IMG/VR virus record: IMGVR_UViG_3300037502_001683
Coordinates: 6,252 to 70,251 of that record
Strand: one strand, 5' to 3'
Length of the DNA: 64,000 nucleotides
Source of the DNA: a virus
This document shows positions 1 to 10,410 of the stretch, one piece after another. Both the position numbers and the translations under genes were made by a program. Numbering within the stretch: position 1 is the first letter of the stretch; each line of letters opens with the position of its first letter. The notes under the pieces are model-generated. The model was not told the origin of the DNA. It searched no databases and was given only the letters and a program-made list of their open reading frames with translations.

Positions 1-2
1 AG

Positions 3-3000
3 CCGACAGTTCCCGTCACTCCGCCCGTAGAACCCACTCCCGAAGGCGCAGTAGCCCCTGTAGAGCCAGTTGTTGAGCCAGCAGTAGCAGAGTCGCCAGT
101 CGTTGAAACAAAGGCCGAGAATCCCGTTGTAGAGACAGAACAGAAGTCGCAAGAGCAAACCAATACAGTCAAGGTGTTTCGGGGCGTGGCCGAGGCTGGC
201 AATATCCCAGATGGTGGTGCGTTCTTTACCGACTCTGAAAAGGATGCTTCGGCGTATGCCCAGCTTGCGGCACTGCGAAAAGCTGTGGATGAGAACGAGC
301 AACTTAGCGAAATCGTTGGCGAGATCATGTCGGAGGAAGGCGCGGAAAGCATCACCGACTTGTCCATAAGCACAGTCAAAAACATCATTGAAGGCAACAA
401 GATTGAAGTGGGAAATATATCCGAGGGCACAGTCCTTCGCGGCAACATCAACCTTGGAAACACTCTCAACCTTGAATCCTTCGGGTCTGAAGTCGGCAAC
501 TTGCCCGAAACATGGAATGAAATGAATGAACTAGGCTTGGTTCCCGAAACTTGGGAAAGCCTAGACGAGGATGTTCAAGCCGAACTTCAAGACAAATACC
601 GCAACAAAGCTTTCTATTCTCTGCTTGAGGGTGAGGTGAATCTCAACGAACAATTCAACAAAGGCATAGACACTATTGTCTTCACCGACCAAAACACCGA
701 AGGCAAAGGAACCCACCGAACCTACCTCACCAAAGCAGCAGAGCAGTTCACGCAAGAAGCCGCCCCCGCAGTGACTCCTCCCGCCGAGGTGGCTCCCGAA
801 GTAACCCCGACCCCCGAAGCCCCGAATCTTGAACCTCTACGCCGAGTAGCAAGAGCAGAACAAGCCCCAGAAGATGTTCCTTCTTTGGTGGAGGCGGGGT
901 TGGTCGAGGTGTATAAAGATCAACCCGTCATTACGGAGGCGGGGTTGGCCGCGCTGCCCGAAGCAGAACGCCCAAGGCTGACTCCGCAAGCCCGAAAGAT
1001 CCAAATCGACACAGGATCAAACGAAGTAGTAGCCGAAGCCATCTCCAAGAATCTTCGTATCGGGGTCGATCAGGTAGGGCCTAATGTGCGTATGCCCGCA
1101 GGCTGGACACTGGTAGAGGATATCTATGTGCCGCCCGCACCGCAGGAAGTGGCTCCTGAAGCTATTACTCCAACGGTTGAACCAATTACTCCCGAAAAAC
1201 AAGTCATTCCAGAACAACAAGAGCAAGTTGCTCCAGTTGTGAGGGTTGAGCAAGAACAGGTAAACCAAGGAAAGCCCGATGTTGCCAAAATCATCAATCA
1301 ATTCACGGTGCTTGAAAGAGCCGCCGTTGCTGGTAAGTTGCTGGAAGAAGGATATATCGATGGAAGAACAGCAGACAAATTTGTTAAAGAGGCAACCAGT
1401 GATAAAACTGGAGGGTTCTCAATGGCGCAAATCCGAGATGCCCAAGCATCCGCCGACGAAAAATTCAATCAGCAAATCGCAGCGGCAAGAACTTCTCAAC
1501 CAGTTGCGGGAGAAGTATCGCCAGCGGCAGTCGATCTCGCGGCAGAAGATGCAACAAGATCCACAAAAGAAAGAACTCGTCCAGCTACCGCTTTAAGACC
1601 AAAAACCATTCTTGGTAAGACCGCTCGCGAAGCACTCTCATATCTTTCTAGCCTTAATCTTATTGAGTCAAGAGACTTGGACGCAGAAAGCGGTATCGCA
1701 AGATGGAGACAAGATCCCAATATTCCCAAACCATTTTATGCCCAAATTCAGGATGCAGCGGCAATCTTGTCCAAATTGCCTCTTAGAATTCTTGATGCTG
1801 ACAAGATTATTTCTAATGCCGACAGAGGATACAAGGGCGGGGCCAAGCGATTTGGTGATGGAGATATTGGAATTCCATTAACAGAAACAGCTAGAGTCCA
1901 AACAGCTACTGGATCGTGGGTAAGAAGGTCGGTTCCGAAACCACTGAATGTTGCAACGCTTGTTCACGAAGTTGGGCACACACTCACAGCGGATGCTATC
2001 GACAAATATATCAGTTCAAAAAAACCAAAGGGTGATGATTATTTAAAATTGCTTGATAGTGCTTTAAAAAACAAGACAACGCCGCAACCAATTAAGGATC
2101 TAATTGCTCTTTACAAAACAACAATTAGCCAACTTGGACTTGAGCAGGAATATTTTGGCAAAAAGGGGTTGGCTGGCGGAAGGGCTAGAGATTCACAAAG
2201 AAAAGCTTATGATAAAAAGATTGTAAACAATCTTACTGGGAACCCATTTACTTGGAGCCAGTATTATGGCTTGGCAAATATTGATGAATTTGTGGCGCAA
2301 ACTTGGAGCAGTCAATCTTTTCAGGATCTTCTCAAACAAATAAAAGCCCCAGATCAACAGAGCTTGTGGACAAAATTCACTAAAATAATTCGGGATCTTT
2401 TTGGATTCCCATCTGATTCCATGGCAAGCGCCGTGATTGATGTTTCTATGCAAATTGCAGAACTTGAAACACCGATTGGCGCAAGGAAAGGAGTCGCATT
2501 CTCTGGTGTTACAATTGCTGATAGAATTGCTGGAAGAGGCGAAGAACCAGCGCCCCCGACTAGAAATATATGGCAAGCCCCAGAGCAAGAAATCACCTCG
2601 CAAGAAACATCTATTAACGAAAAAAAGATTCCAGCCGTCTTTAATCAAGTCAAAGAATGGAAAGAAGGAACAGTCAATGCCGATATTGGCGGTGGAAGAT
2701 TTGACAATGTTACTGATTGGTTGCGGGATCGTGGCGTTGAAAATCTGATTATTGACTGGTTTAATAGAGATCGGGCCTTTAATGAGAAAAATATCAATCG
2801 TGTTCGCGGTGGGCGGGCCGATACGGCAACCGTTTCTAACGTATTAAATGTCATTCAAGAGCCTGAAGCTAGGGATCTTGTAATTAGCCAAGCCGCAGAT
2901 GCAATTAAGCCAGACGGGACTGCATATTTTTATATCTATGAAGGCAAAGGCGATGGTGTTGGTCGCCAGACAACCAAGGGATGGCAGGAAAATCGCAAGA

Positions 3001-6000
3001 CCCAAACATACATAGACGAAATTTCTCAGCATTTTGAAAACGTCGAACGCCGCAACCAAATGATTGTGGCTACTGGCCCGATAAAAGAAATAGGATTTGC
3101 CGAAGCAGAACCAGAAATGCCATCCGAAGGAATCCCCACCTTCTCCGAGGGAAGCCCCGAAGCATCTACTCTTTCCAATATGAAGGCGTCTATGGCCAAG
3201 GTGGATGCGGCGTCCGAGGCCAAGCCAAACCCCGAAAACAAACCCACCTACAAGATCAGCGAGATAGCCTCTGTCTGGATGGATCAAGGGGGAGATGCCC
3301 GCCAACTCCAAGACCTAATCACCGAGAACACCAATCTCACGCCAGCCAACGCCAAGCGGGTAGCCAATGCCATTGCCAAACAATACGATATCCAGCAGTC
3401 TATTGCTTCGGCGTTTATCGAAACCCAGACTGGCCTTTCGGTGGAAGCTTTGCCAGAAGGCGTGACTCTTCCCAAGGAGGTTGATCCTGATCGTCCGCGC
3501 CCAGTGATGCAACGCCTATTTGATGTGTTTATGGGGGTGCGTGTTAAGCCTGTTAAAATCACAGTCAACGAGAAGACCGCGCTTAATCAGCAGATCCGCC
3601 TCAAGGCAGCGGCTACTCGCGAGGCCAAGAAAGCCCAGCAAGAAACGGCCAATGAAGTAGTGGAGATCATCAAAGCTATGGAGCTTCGCGGCCCAGTGCG
3701 CCCGAAACAAGCCCAAGCCCTTGCCAAACGCGCAGCTAAAGTTATCTGGACTAGCGAGAAATCCATCGAATCTTTCACCGACTATGCCGCAAAAGTTGTA
3801 GAGAATACAAATTACGATGCTGATCTTCGGGCGGCAAGGGATGCACAAAAACGCGCCAAGGCTTTGTCTACCCAGAAAAAGGTTGCACTGTCCCCGCAGC
3901 GTGAGGTTCTGAGCGATATCAGCAAGATCGCCGTCAATCGCATTGAAGATCCAAGGATGTTTGCAGAGATGGTGAACTACTATCTGAGAGGATTTAAAAA
4001 AGCTATATCTCCAGATTATGTAGTCGTTCCAGATGCAGAAATTCAGGGCTACCTTTCCAGCGTTAAAGACGAAGAGATTCAAAGCCAGCGCGAACTTGAC
4101 CGCGCCGTCAACCTCCGCCTTGCCGAGAAATACGGGGTCGATCCCGAAGAAGTAAATGAGGTTTTGGCGGCGTTTGACGTTATCAAGGAAATCGAAGCCA
4201 GCGAGAATCGCGAGGCCATCGACAATCTTCTGACCGAGAAAGCCATCGAAACCCGCGATGGACTCAGGGCTTATGATTCAATTCAGCTTCGACAAGACCA
4301 GCGCAAGGTTGTTGATGCCATGGCAAAAGTTGATCCAGCGGCCTTGGATGCCGAGGAGCGCCAACGTTTTATTCGTATTGCCAACAATGTGATCTTCAAC
4401 AACCAAACCAATGGCGCGGAATACTTTATGTCTGTTGCCAATGGCCAACAGAATGCCAGAAAATCGGCACAGGATAGCGAGATGATCGCCCGCAACAAAG
4501 CTTGGGTGAATCTTATTAAGACATTCGGGTCAACCAAGCTTGAAAAGGTTACCAGAAGTTGGGCGCTGGAATTGCAGTCTGTCTCAGACACATTCCGAAA
4601 TGCTTTTGGCAAAAATTCGATGGCCAAAATATATGACCTTATGGGCATGCTTGACCTCAACTCAAGCTTTACCCAAGCCAACAATACGGTTGACCAGATT
4701 CAGGAAGAGATGGCTGAGTTCCACAACAAGCTTGAGAAAGACTATGGCGCGGCGTCCCGCAACCAAGACGGCATCCTTGCCGAGGGTGTGGTTGGATTCC
4801 TGATCCAGCGTGTTCCAAAGAAGGGTGAAGCGGATTCAATTGCCCAACGCCGAGACCTGATTAGGCAGGATATTGCCAACCGCCGCGCCTCAAATGAAGG
4901 TGACCGTGTTGCCATGGCGGATCGCATTGAAGCAATTCTAAACCAGATTGACGGGGCATCTACGCAAGAGATCTTGGGCAAACTGAAACAGACTTATCCA
5001 GCTAACCACGAATCCTTGGTTTGGTATAAAGATACACTACTTCCTAAATACAAAGACTTCCTCAAAAACTTTGACGAGAACTTCAACGATCAGGCCAACA
5101 ACTACGATAATCCTGATTATCTTCCGATTGCCTTCACTTCGGCTGGGCCTTCGCTTGCTATCACCAAGGAAGAAGAACAGGTGTTCTATGATCAAGTTTC
5201 TCTAACGCCGAAACAATCCGCCAACACCATCAAGCGTGTTGATTACACAAAGATTCCAAAAGATCGCACAACCGATAAGCCCAAGGAGATTAGCTACAAC
5301 CTCCGCCGCAACGCATTCAACAGTCTTTCAGATCAGATTAACAAAGCTTATACCTCTGGAGCGTGGCAACAGATTGCCTCGTTTATGAAGACACCTGAAT
5401 CTACTCAGGTTTTTGGTGGAGATGCCAATAAGGATTTCTTTATTGAACGACTCAATCGTTTGCGTCTTTCCAGAATGCGGCGTGGGGCCATGAGTCGTGG
5501 AGCTTTTGAGAAAGCCGCCGATGCTATTGGCGTGATCTCGCGCAAACTTGGCACTGGTATTGCCCTTGGTGGTGTCTATCAGTGGATCAAGCAGCCCCCC
5601 GACCAGCTTATCACGGCTTGGGGAAGTGGTGCGCGTGGCGAAGTGTTGGCCCGAAACATTGCTCCATCTAACCAGAAAGCCGCCCGTAACCTCCTTAATA
5701 AATTCTCAATTGGACGGCGTGGTGATGCTTCCGCTGGGTACAAATATATCAATCAGATGGAAGGCCATCAAAATAGACTTGAGCGTTACTTCTCTGAAAG
5801 TAAGTGGGAACAGGCCAAGGAACAGGCTGGTAAGATTGCCGATGTCTGGATGATTGGACTCAAGAAATCTGATTTCATTGCTGCATCCGCAGCATGGATG
5901 ACTTACTACGAGACAGAACTTAACAAGAAAAATATCCAAATCGAAGATTGGAGCAAGGAAGCAGATCTCATTGATGGAGATCGGGACAGGCGGGAGGCAG

Positions 6001-6857
6001 CAGCCTATGCCGAGCAGATGACCGATATCTATCAGGGATCTTCCGATCCTACCCAGATGGCGGTGTTTGCCCAAAGCGGAAAGTCTGGTGCCGAGAATCT
6101 TCTCAAGGCTATGTTTGTTCCGTTTAACTCCTTTGCCGTGCAGCAACGCATGAGGCTTTATTCGGACATGCGGGATGTTTTGAATGGCGAGAAAACAGGG
6201 CGGGGCGGTCTTGCTGGCACTATTGGTGGCCTTATCCTTTTCCATGCTACCAAGCGGTATGTCCTTCCTGTTATTTCTGGATCGGCTATTGGCGTTCTAT
6301 ACAGCCTCATGGGTGTGGATGTTGAGGAACCAGACGAAGATAAACAGAAAGAACAGGCCAGCAAGAACTTCCGTCAGTTCCTTGCCGATGCCAGTTCCAA
6401 CCTTCTTGTTGGCGGAACTCCGCAAGTTATTGAATCCCAAATGATTAAGGCTTTTAACTACGCCGCATATCTCACCGCAATGCAACTTGAGGATGAATCT
6501 GTAATGGGCGATGACGGAGAGCTTATCTCGTTTGATAAATACCAAAAAGAACGCTCACCACTTTACCGCTATCAAACTTATGGCGGGGCAATGAGTCTTG
6601 GCATGTTGGAAATTGGATTTGACCAAGCTAAACAGGTGGCACTGAATACCAAGATGCTGGCTTCACCAGAAGAGATGGAGAATTTTACTCCTGAAGAAAA
6701 ACGGCTTCTTTATTTCTCCGCACTATCCGATTGGTTGTATCTCATGCGCCTAAATGACACCGACTTTGCGCGTATGGTTCAAAAGGCCCGCCGTGACATG
6801 ATCAAAGCCGCCGAAGAGCGCGAGAAAGAACTGGCGCGTATCCGAGCAGGACGCTAG
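3..6857 (+). CDS. Giant polyvalent protein, probably an internal virion/ejection protein; 5' end lies outside the window. Contains ART-like, zincin metallopeptidase and class I SAM-methyltransferase domains and a long helical C-terminus
   Basis: Frame is open from position 3, upstream of the ORF-track start at 174. VFRG...GAFFTD..A.AYA...IDTIVF resembles polyvalent-protein ADP-ribosyltransferases. HEVGH (1965-1979) with a downstream DEFVAQ is a zincin motif. DIGGGRFD...SNVLNVI...AIKPDG (from 2682) is a Rossmann methyltransferase. Pro/Glu-rich linkers separate the domains. Confidence 0.8.
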   Translation, partial: PTVPVTPPVEPTPEGAVAPVEPVVEPAVAESPVVETKAENPVVETEQKSQEQTNTVKVFRGVAEAGNIPDGGAFFTDSEKDASAYAQLAALRKAVDENEQLSEIVGEIMSEEGAESITDLSISTVKNIIEGNKIEVGNISEGTVLRGNINLGNTLNLESFGSEVGNLPETWNEMNELGLVPETWESLDEDVQAELQDKYRNKAFYSLLEGEVNLNEQFNKGIDTIVFTDQNTEGKGTHRTYLTKAAEQFTQEAAPAVTPPAEVAPEVTPTPEAPNLEPLRRVARAEQAPEDVPSLVEAGLVEVYKDQPVITEAGLAALPEAERPRLTPQARKIQIDTGSNEVVAEAISKNLRIGVDQVGPNVRMPAGWTLVEDIYVPPAPQEVAPEAITPTVEPITPEKQVIPEQQEQVAPVVRVEQEQVNQGKPDVAKIINQFTVLERAAVAGKLLEEGYIDGRTADKFVKEATSDKTGGFSMAQIRDAQASADEKFNQQIAAARTSQPVAGEVSPAAVDLAAEDATRSTKERTRPATALRPKTILGKTAREALSYLSSLNLIESRDLDAESGIARWRQDPNIPKPFYAQIQDAAAILSKLPLRILDADKIISNADRGYKGGAKRFGDGDIGIPLTETARVQTATGSWVRRSVPKPLNVATLVHEVGHTLTADAIDKYISSKKPKGDDYLKLLDSALKNKTTPQPIKDLIALYKTTISQLGLEQEYFGKKGLAGGRARDSQRKAYDKKIVNNLTGNPFTWSQYYGLANIDEFVAQTWSSQSFQDLLKQIKAPDQQSLWTKFTKIIRDLFGFPSDSMASAVIDVSMQIAELETPIGARKGVAFSGVTIADRIAGRGEEPAPPTRNIWQAPEQEITSQETSINEKKIPAVFNQVKEWKEGTVNADIGGGRFDNVTDWLRDRGVENLIIDWFNRDRAFNEKNINRVRGGRADTATVSNVLNVIQEPEARDLVISQAADAIKPDGTAYFYIYEGKGDGVGRQTTKGWQENRKTQTYIDEISQHFENVERRNQMIVATGPIKEIGFAEAEPEMPSEGIPTFSEGSPEASTLSNMKASMAKVDAASEAKPNPENKPTYKISEIASVWMDQGGDARQLQDLITENTNLTPANAKRVANAIAKQYDIQQSIASAFIETQTGLSVEALPEGVTLPKEVDPDRPRPVMQRLFDVFMGVRVKPVKITVNEKTALNQQIRLKAAATREAKKAQQETANEVVEIIKAMELRGPVRPKQAQALAKRAAKVIWTSEKSIESFTDYAAKVVENTNYDADLRAARDAQKRAKALSTQKKVALSPQREVLSDISKIAVNRIEDPRMFAEMVNYYLRGFKKAISPDYVVVPDAEIQGYLSSVKDEEIQSQRELDRAVNLRLAEKYGVDPEEVNEVLAAFDVIKEIEASENREAIDNLLTEKAIETRDGLRAYDSIQLRQDQRKVVDAMAKVDPAALDAEERQRFIRIANNVIFNNQTNGAEYFMSVANGQQNARKSAQDSEMIARNKAWVNLIKTFGSTKLEKVTRSWALELQSVSDTFRNAFGKNSMAKIYDLMGMLDLNSSFTQANNTVDQIQEEMAEFHNKLEKDYGAASRNQDGILAEGVVGFLIQRVPKKGEADSIAQRRDLIRQDIANRRASNEGDRVAMADRIEAILNQIDGASTQEILGKLKQTYPANHESLVWYKDTLLPKYKDFLKNFDENFNDQANNYDNPDYLPIAFTSAGPSLAITKEEEQVFYDQVSLTPKQSANTIKRVDYTKIPKDRTTDKPKEISYNLRRNAFNSLSDQINKAYTSGAWQQIASFMKTPESTQVFGGDANKDFFIERLNRLRLSRMRRGAMSRGAFEKAADAIGVISRKLGTGIALGGVYQWIKQPPDQLITAWGSGARGEVLARNIAPSNQKAARNLLNKFSIGRRGDASAGYKYINQMEGHQNRLERYFSESKWEQAKEQAGKIADVWMIGLKKSDFIAASAAWMTYYETELNKKNIQIEDWSKEADLIDGDRDRREAAAYAEQMTDIYQGSSDPTQMAVFAQSGKSGAENLLKAMFVPFNSFAVQQRMRLYSDMRDVLNGEKTGRGGLAGTIGGLILFHATKRYVLPVISGSAIGVLYSLMGVDVEEPDEDKQKEQASKNFRQFLADASSNLLVGGTPQVIESQMIKAFNYAAYLTAMQLEDESVMGDDGELISFDKYQKERSPLYRYQTYGGAMSLGMLEIGFDQAKQVALNTKMLASPEEMENFTPEEKRLLYFSALSDWLYLMRLNDTDFARMVQKARRDMIKAAEEREKELARIRAGR

Positions 6858-7498
6858 ATCAGTCCGCGCTTTTTAGCTTCGTCCAATTCTTCCTGAGTCC
6901 ATTGCTGGGCATACCAGACTTCGGCGTCCCAAGGCAGTGGTCTCATGCGGTCAACCCCGAATGATAGGCGTCCGTAGCGGTCTGGACTATTCTCCTCCAG
7001 CTTCACAAACTTGTCCTCTGGCAGCATGTCCTTGTCATGTGGAAGGAATAGGTAGCCACGCAAGAAATCCAGAATGAAACTATGGCGGATAAGAAAGGCG
7101 GATTGGGCGCAAGCCATCCAAGGCGCGGCATCCATCTTGGCCCCGAATACCATCCCCTTGTCACCAAGATCTTGATACATGCGTTCTGGAACAGGCCCGA
7201 ACCACAGGCAATCAGCCTCTTTATAGATGAAGTCCTTCCCACAGTTGTAGGCAATCATGGCCAGCGCACAGATAGATGCCGACCATCCGCACAGCCCCTC
7301 GCGTCCTTCTTTGATTAGATCTCCCACATGTCCAACATTGTGGTTGCAAATGATTTGATTGGTTGTCGGAACACCTCTATCTGTTGAGATGATGTGGTAA
7401 TCATGGGTGTATTTTTCGGTGTTGACCCGCCAGATATCAAAGAAAGACCGATCCCAATCAGATCGGTAGTGATAGCCAGAACCAATGACGTAATTCAT
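6854..7498 (-). CDS. Putative GT-A fold glycosyltransferase
   Basis: FIYKEADCLW DxD-like motif; ATG at 7498 overlaps the upstream stop (ATGA); operon context. Confidence 0.6.
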   Translation of the reverse strand: MNYVIGSGYHYRSDWDRSFFDIWRVNTEKYTHDYHIISTDRGVPTTNQIICNHNVGHVGDLIKEGREGLCGWSASICALAMIAYNCGKDFIYKEADCLWFGPVPERMYQDLGDKGMVFGAKMDAAPWMACAQSAFLIRHSFILDFLRGYLFLPHDKDMLPEDKFVKLEENSPDRYGRLSFGVDRMRPLPWDAEVWYAQQWTQEELDEAKKRGLI

Positions 7499-8019
7499 TT
7501 TTCCAAAACTACTGTTGGCCATTCTTCATCTGTGACAAGGGTTTTTTTCCAACCGTTTACTTTTATCCATTCTTCAACAGCTTCTACTACTCCCCAATTG
7601 TGTTTTCGCGTAATCTCGTTCTCGCAGAAATCATGGAGCATAAGCATTCCGCACATTCTGGAATACCAAACAAGATCAAACCAAACGGCTTCAAAACTAT
7701 GGTTGGCGTCGATATAAACCCAATCAACATCCTGAAGAGCGTCCATAACGGCCTGAGATCCGCTCTCTTCGCGCAATATTATGGCGCGTGGATTGTTAGC
7801 AAATTTAGCGCAGACATTGCGGTATCTATGGTCTTGTCCACCCTGATTCACGTTGGCCGAATCATCGTAACCAGTTTCGTAGTGCTTCCAAGGGTCTACC
7901 AGATAAAGCTTTTTCACGGGAGTAGCGAGGATTTGCGCGGAGAACTCTCCCTCCAAAACGCCAATCTCAGCCCCGATAGTTCCTTCGGGTAGGCTTTCTA
8001 TGTGTTGGATGCGCGTCAT
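7495..8019 (-). CDS. Class I SAM methyltransferase (Methyltransf_24-like)
   Basis: GAEIGVLEG, LYLVDPW, VDWVYIDANHSFE and LHD motifs. Confidence 0.85.
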   Translation of the reverse strand: MTRIQHIESLPEGTIGAEIGVLEGEFSAQILATPVKKLYLVDPWKHYETGYDDSANVNQGGQDHRYRNVCAKFANNPRAIILREESGSQAVMDALQDVDWVYIDANHSFEAVWFDLVWYSRMCGMLMLHDFCENEITRKHNWGVVEAVEEWIKVNGWKKTLVTDEEWPTVVLEK

Positions 8020-8576
8020 TTCAGCCAGCTTCCTTCCCAAATATGGTAAGCCAAGGTGTTTTCTGTCGGTGGTTTCTTTGATTCGTGGTGGCCATAAGGA
8101 TAAAAAGTATCAGTGGGAAGCAAGGTAACGTCTGGTGTTAAATGCTCTTCCATAATGTAGCATCCCCAAGCCGCATCTTTTTTTCTCTGGTCGCCATAGT
8201 TTTCAAGCATGGCATTGATCCAAGAATGGGAGGGTTCCGCGCCCATGGCGGCATTGCAGATTACGCCGTCTGGCTGCCTAGCGGCAAATGCGCTATATTT
8301 TGCTAGTTCATCTATGGGTTTAACTGCTACAAAATCCAAATCGAAATAGACTCCTCCATATTTTTGTAGGGCTTTGAGGCGGATGATGTTGGAAGATCCA
8401 GCCTTGGTGGAGTGGGCATATTCATAGCAATCACAGAGCAAGATTTCCACTGACTCCTCATCCCATAGTTTAACCATCCAATCTGGATTCATTTCTTTCA
8501 TGGCTTTGTGTAGATCGGCCAAGTGAGGTGGCAATTCCCCACCAATCCATACTTGATGGATTATCTTCGGGATCAC
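8016..8576 (-). CDS. Glycosyltransferase family 32 (OCH1/DxD sugar-binding)
   Basis: IPKIIHQVW, RLKALQKYGGVYFDLD, YHIWEGSW; GTG start overlaps the upstream TGA. Confidence 0.9.
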   Translation of the reverse strand: MIPKIIHQVWIGGELPPHLADLHKAMKEMNPDWMVKLWDEESVEILLCDCYEYAHSTKAGSSNIIRLKALQKYGGVYFDLDFVAVKPIDELAKYSAFAARQPDGVICNAAMGAEPSHSWINAMLENYGDQRKKDAAWGCYIMEEHLTPDVTLLPTDTFYPYGHHESKKPPTENTLAYHIWEGSWLK

Positions 8577-9100
8577 TTCACTGCCTCCATAATAATGGTT
8601 TCGATTTTGTTGTTGTGGTCTCCGATGACTTTGCCATGCCACTCCAGTTCACTGAAGTCGCAGCCATATATCTTGTCAGGGTCAAACCCCGCAGCAAACA
8701 AACAGGCATCAAGGATTGATTCGTTCCACGCTGAGAGATGGCCATGATCCAGCAAGATAGAACGGACTGCCCCACGCTTTGTTCCGTCTCCGAATCCAGA
8801 TTGTCCGTGCCATTTGAGGTAGGCTCCGTCTGCCAGATCGTAGATCTTAGACGCGCTAGGAACCGCCACTCGCAATGTTCCCTCTGGTTTCAAGACTCGC
8901 AGGGCTTCCGCAAAAAACCGCACAGCATCAGGTGTTGTGGTGTGTTCGACAGTGTGAGATGTATAGATAAAATCTACAGAGTTTTCTTCAAATGGAAGCG
9001 GTTTTGTAATGTCTATCCGATTCGGAGGATCAAACATGATGTCCATGTTTCTCCATCCTTCTTTGATATCTCCTCCAGCGCCAAGGTTTAACTTAATCAT
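8573..9100 (-). CDS. Class I SAM methyltransferase (Methyltransf_11-like)
   Basis: KLNLGAG, DITKPLPF, SHTVEH, RVLKPEGTLRVAVP. Confidence 0.88.
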   Translation of the reverse strand: MIKLNLGAGGDIKEGWRNMDIMFDPPNRIDITKPLPFEENSVDFIYTSHTVEHTTTPDAVRFFAEALRVLKPEGTLRVAVPSASKIYDLADGAYLKWHGQSGFGDGTKRGAVRSILLDHGHLSAWNESILDACLFAAGFDPDKIYGCDFSELEWHGKVIGDHNNKIETIIMEAVK

Positions 9101-10410
9101 GTCAGTAGCATCTTGAATATTCTTTCATTCCATTTTGAGGCAGGACGATCCATGCAATCTGTCCAGCTTGATGGGTGTTCTTCATGGAAAAGGATTTTTT
9201 CATTCGGGATTTCAGCAGGATAGCGATCTTCGATCAGGTTGTCCATCGTGGAAACCCATCCAAATTGCCGCCTAATCCAAGCCGCTACCGCCAAGTCAAA
9301 CCAAGGGGAAGCCACAGCGCAGTCAGGAAAATTATAGATTCGGTCTGCCAGCCAATCCCAACGGAAGGCAAATAATTCCCTTCCGATGTGGGCAGGGTCA
9401 CGCCGCACCCCTATAGCCCCGAATTTGCGGCAATGCTCGACTACCTTATGGAGGTTGATGATTTGAACATCGTCATTAGTCCAGACAATGATATCCCGAC
9501 CACTTGTAAACTTCAGAGCCTTGGCCAGCACCTCCTTCAGCATAGGTAGAGGACGCCGATCCCCAATATTTTGAGCCGTACGAAGAATATTGTCCGCTGT
9601 CAGCATGTGGTCGAAGTGGGCTTTTTGGCTCTTAAAAGCCTCTCTATGGCGTTTTTCCTGCCCGAATCTATCCACAATCGCCCACACCTCACCCACTGGA
9701 AGCAGGGTTTTCTCCACCTCATCACAGATCTGGTCTATGTTATAGTCCCGATATCGGAAGGTGGAGGTAGCGGTAACTGGAGGTGGACTGCCTCGCCACC
9801 CCTCATTGATCAATGCAATCGTCGGACACTTGGCAGCATTGGCCAGCCAGAGGTGGAGGGTATCGATGGTTATTAGACAGGACGCCGCATCCAGAACACC
9901 CAATAAATCAAATGGCTTTTCTGCCTGTATTGTAGATAGGTCTACGATCTTGTAATCGGGGAACCTTGCCTTGAGACCGCGCATCAAGTTTTCGCTATTC
10001 GCGAATGGCGAACTTATCCCATGGGTTGCCACGGCAATGAATGGGCCTTCGGGAATTAACTTTTGTTCCCGTTCGGGATTACGCCGATCAAACACATAGG
10101 GAAACTTCCTCCAAAGATCCCGAAATCTTCCCAAGCGGTAACTTTCCAAGGCATAGTTCTTTTCTTGTTTTGTTTCTTTGGGATGCATGAAGACTTGTGC
10201 AACCCGTAGATCTGGCAATCCTTGGCAAAGACCGATGCAGTGATGGAGTTCTACAGGATCGCCGCTATACTTCTTGGTCTGGCAGTAGCTTGTCCCTTCA
10301 AAGATCGAAGCATATTTCTCTGCTGTGATAAATGTAGCTCCCTTGTTGGCGTAAGCTACGGGCAAGAGGTTGATATTGTCTCCGAGTCTCCCCAGATTCA
10401 GGATGGTCAT
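9097..10410 (-). CDS. Two-domain glycosyltransferase: GT9/heptosyltransferase-like N-terminus plus GT-A-like C-terminus
   Basis: GRLGDNI at the N-terminus and LITIDTLHLWLANA (GT9 DS/T-x-x-H/W-LA motif); second half has VWTNDDV and WFDL. Confidence 0.7.
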   Translation of the reverse strand: MTILNLGRLGDNINLLPVAYANKGATFITAEKYASIFEGTSYCQTKKYSGDPVELHHCIGLCQGLPDLRVAQVFMHPKETKQEKNYALESYRLGRFRDLWRKFPYVFDRRNPEREQKLIPEGPFIAVATHGISSPFANSENLMRGLKARFPDYKIVDLSTIQAEKPFDLLGVLDAASCLITIDTLHLWLANAAKCPTIALINEGWRGSPPPVTATSTFRYRDYNIDQICDEVEKTLLPVGEVWAIVDRFGQEKRHREAFKSQKAHFDHMLTADNILRTAQNIGDRRPLPMLKEVLAKALKFTSGRDIIVWTNDDVQIINLHKVVEHCRKFGAIGVRRDPAHIGRELFAFRWDWLADRIYNFPDCAVASPWFDLAVAAWIRRQFGWVSTMDNLIEDRYPAEIPNEKILFHEEHPSSWTDCMDRPASKWNERIFKMLLT

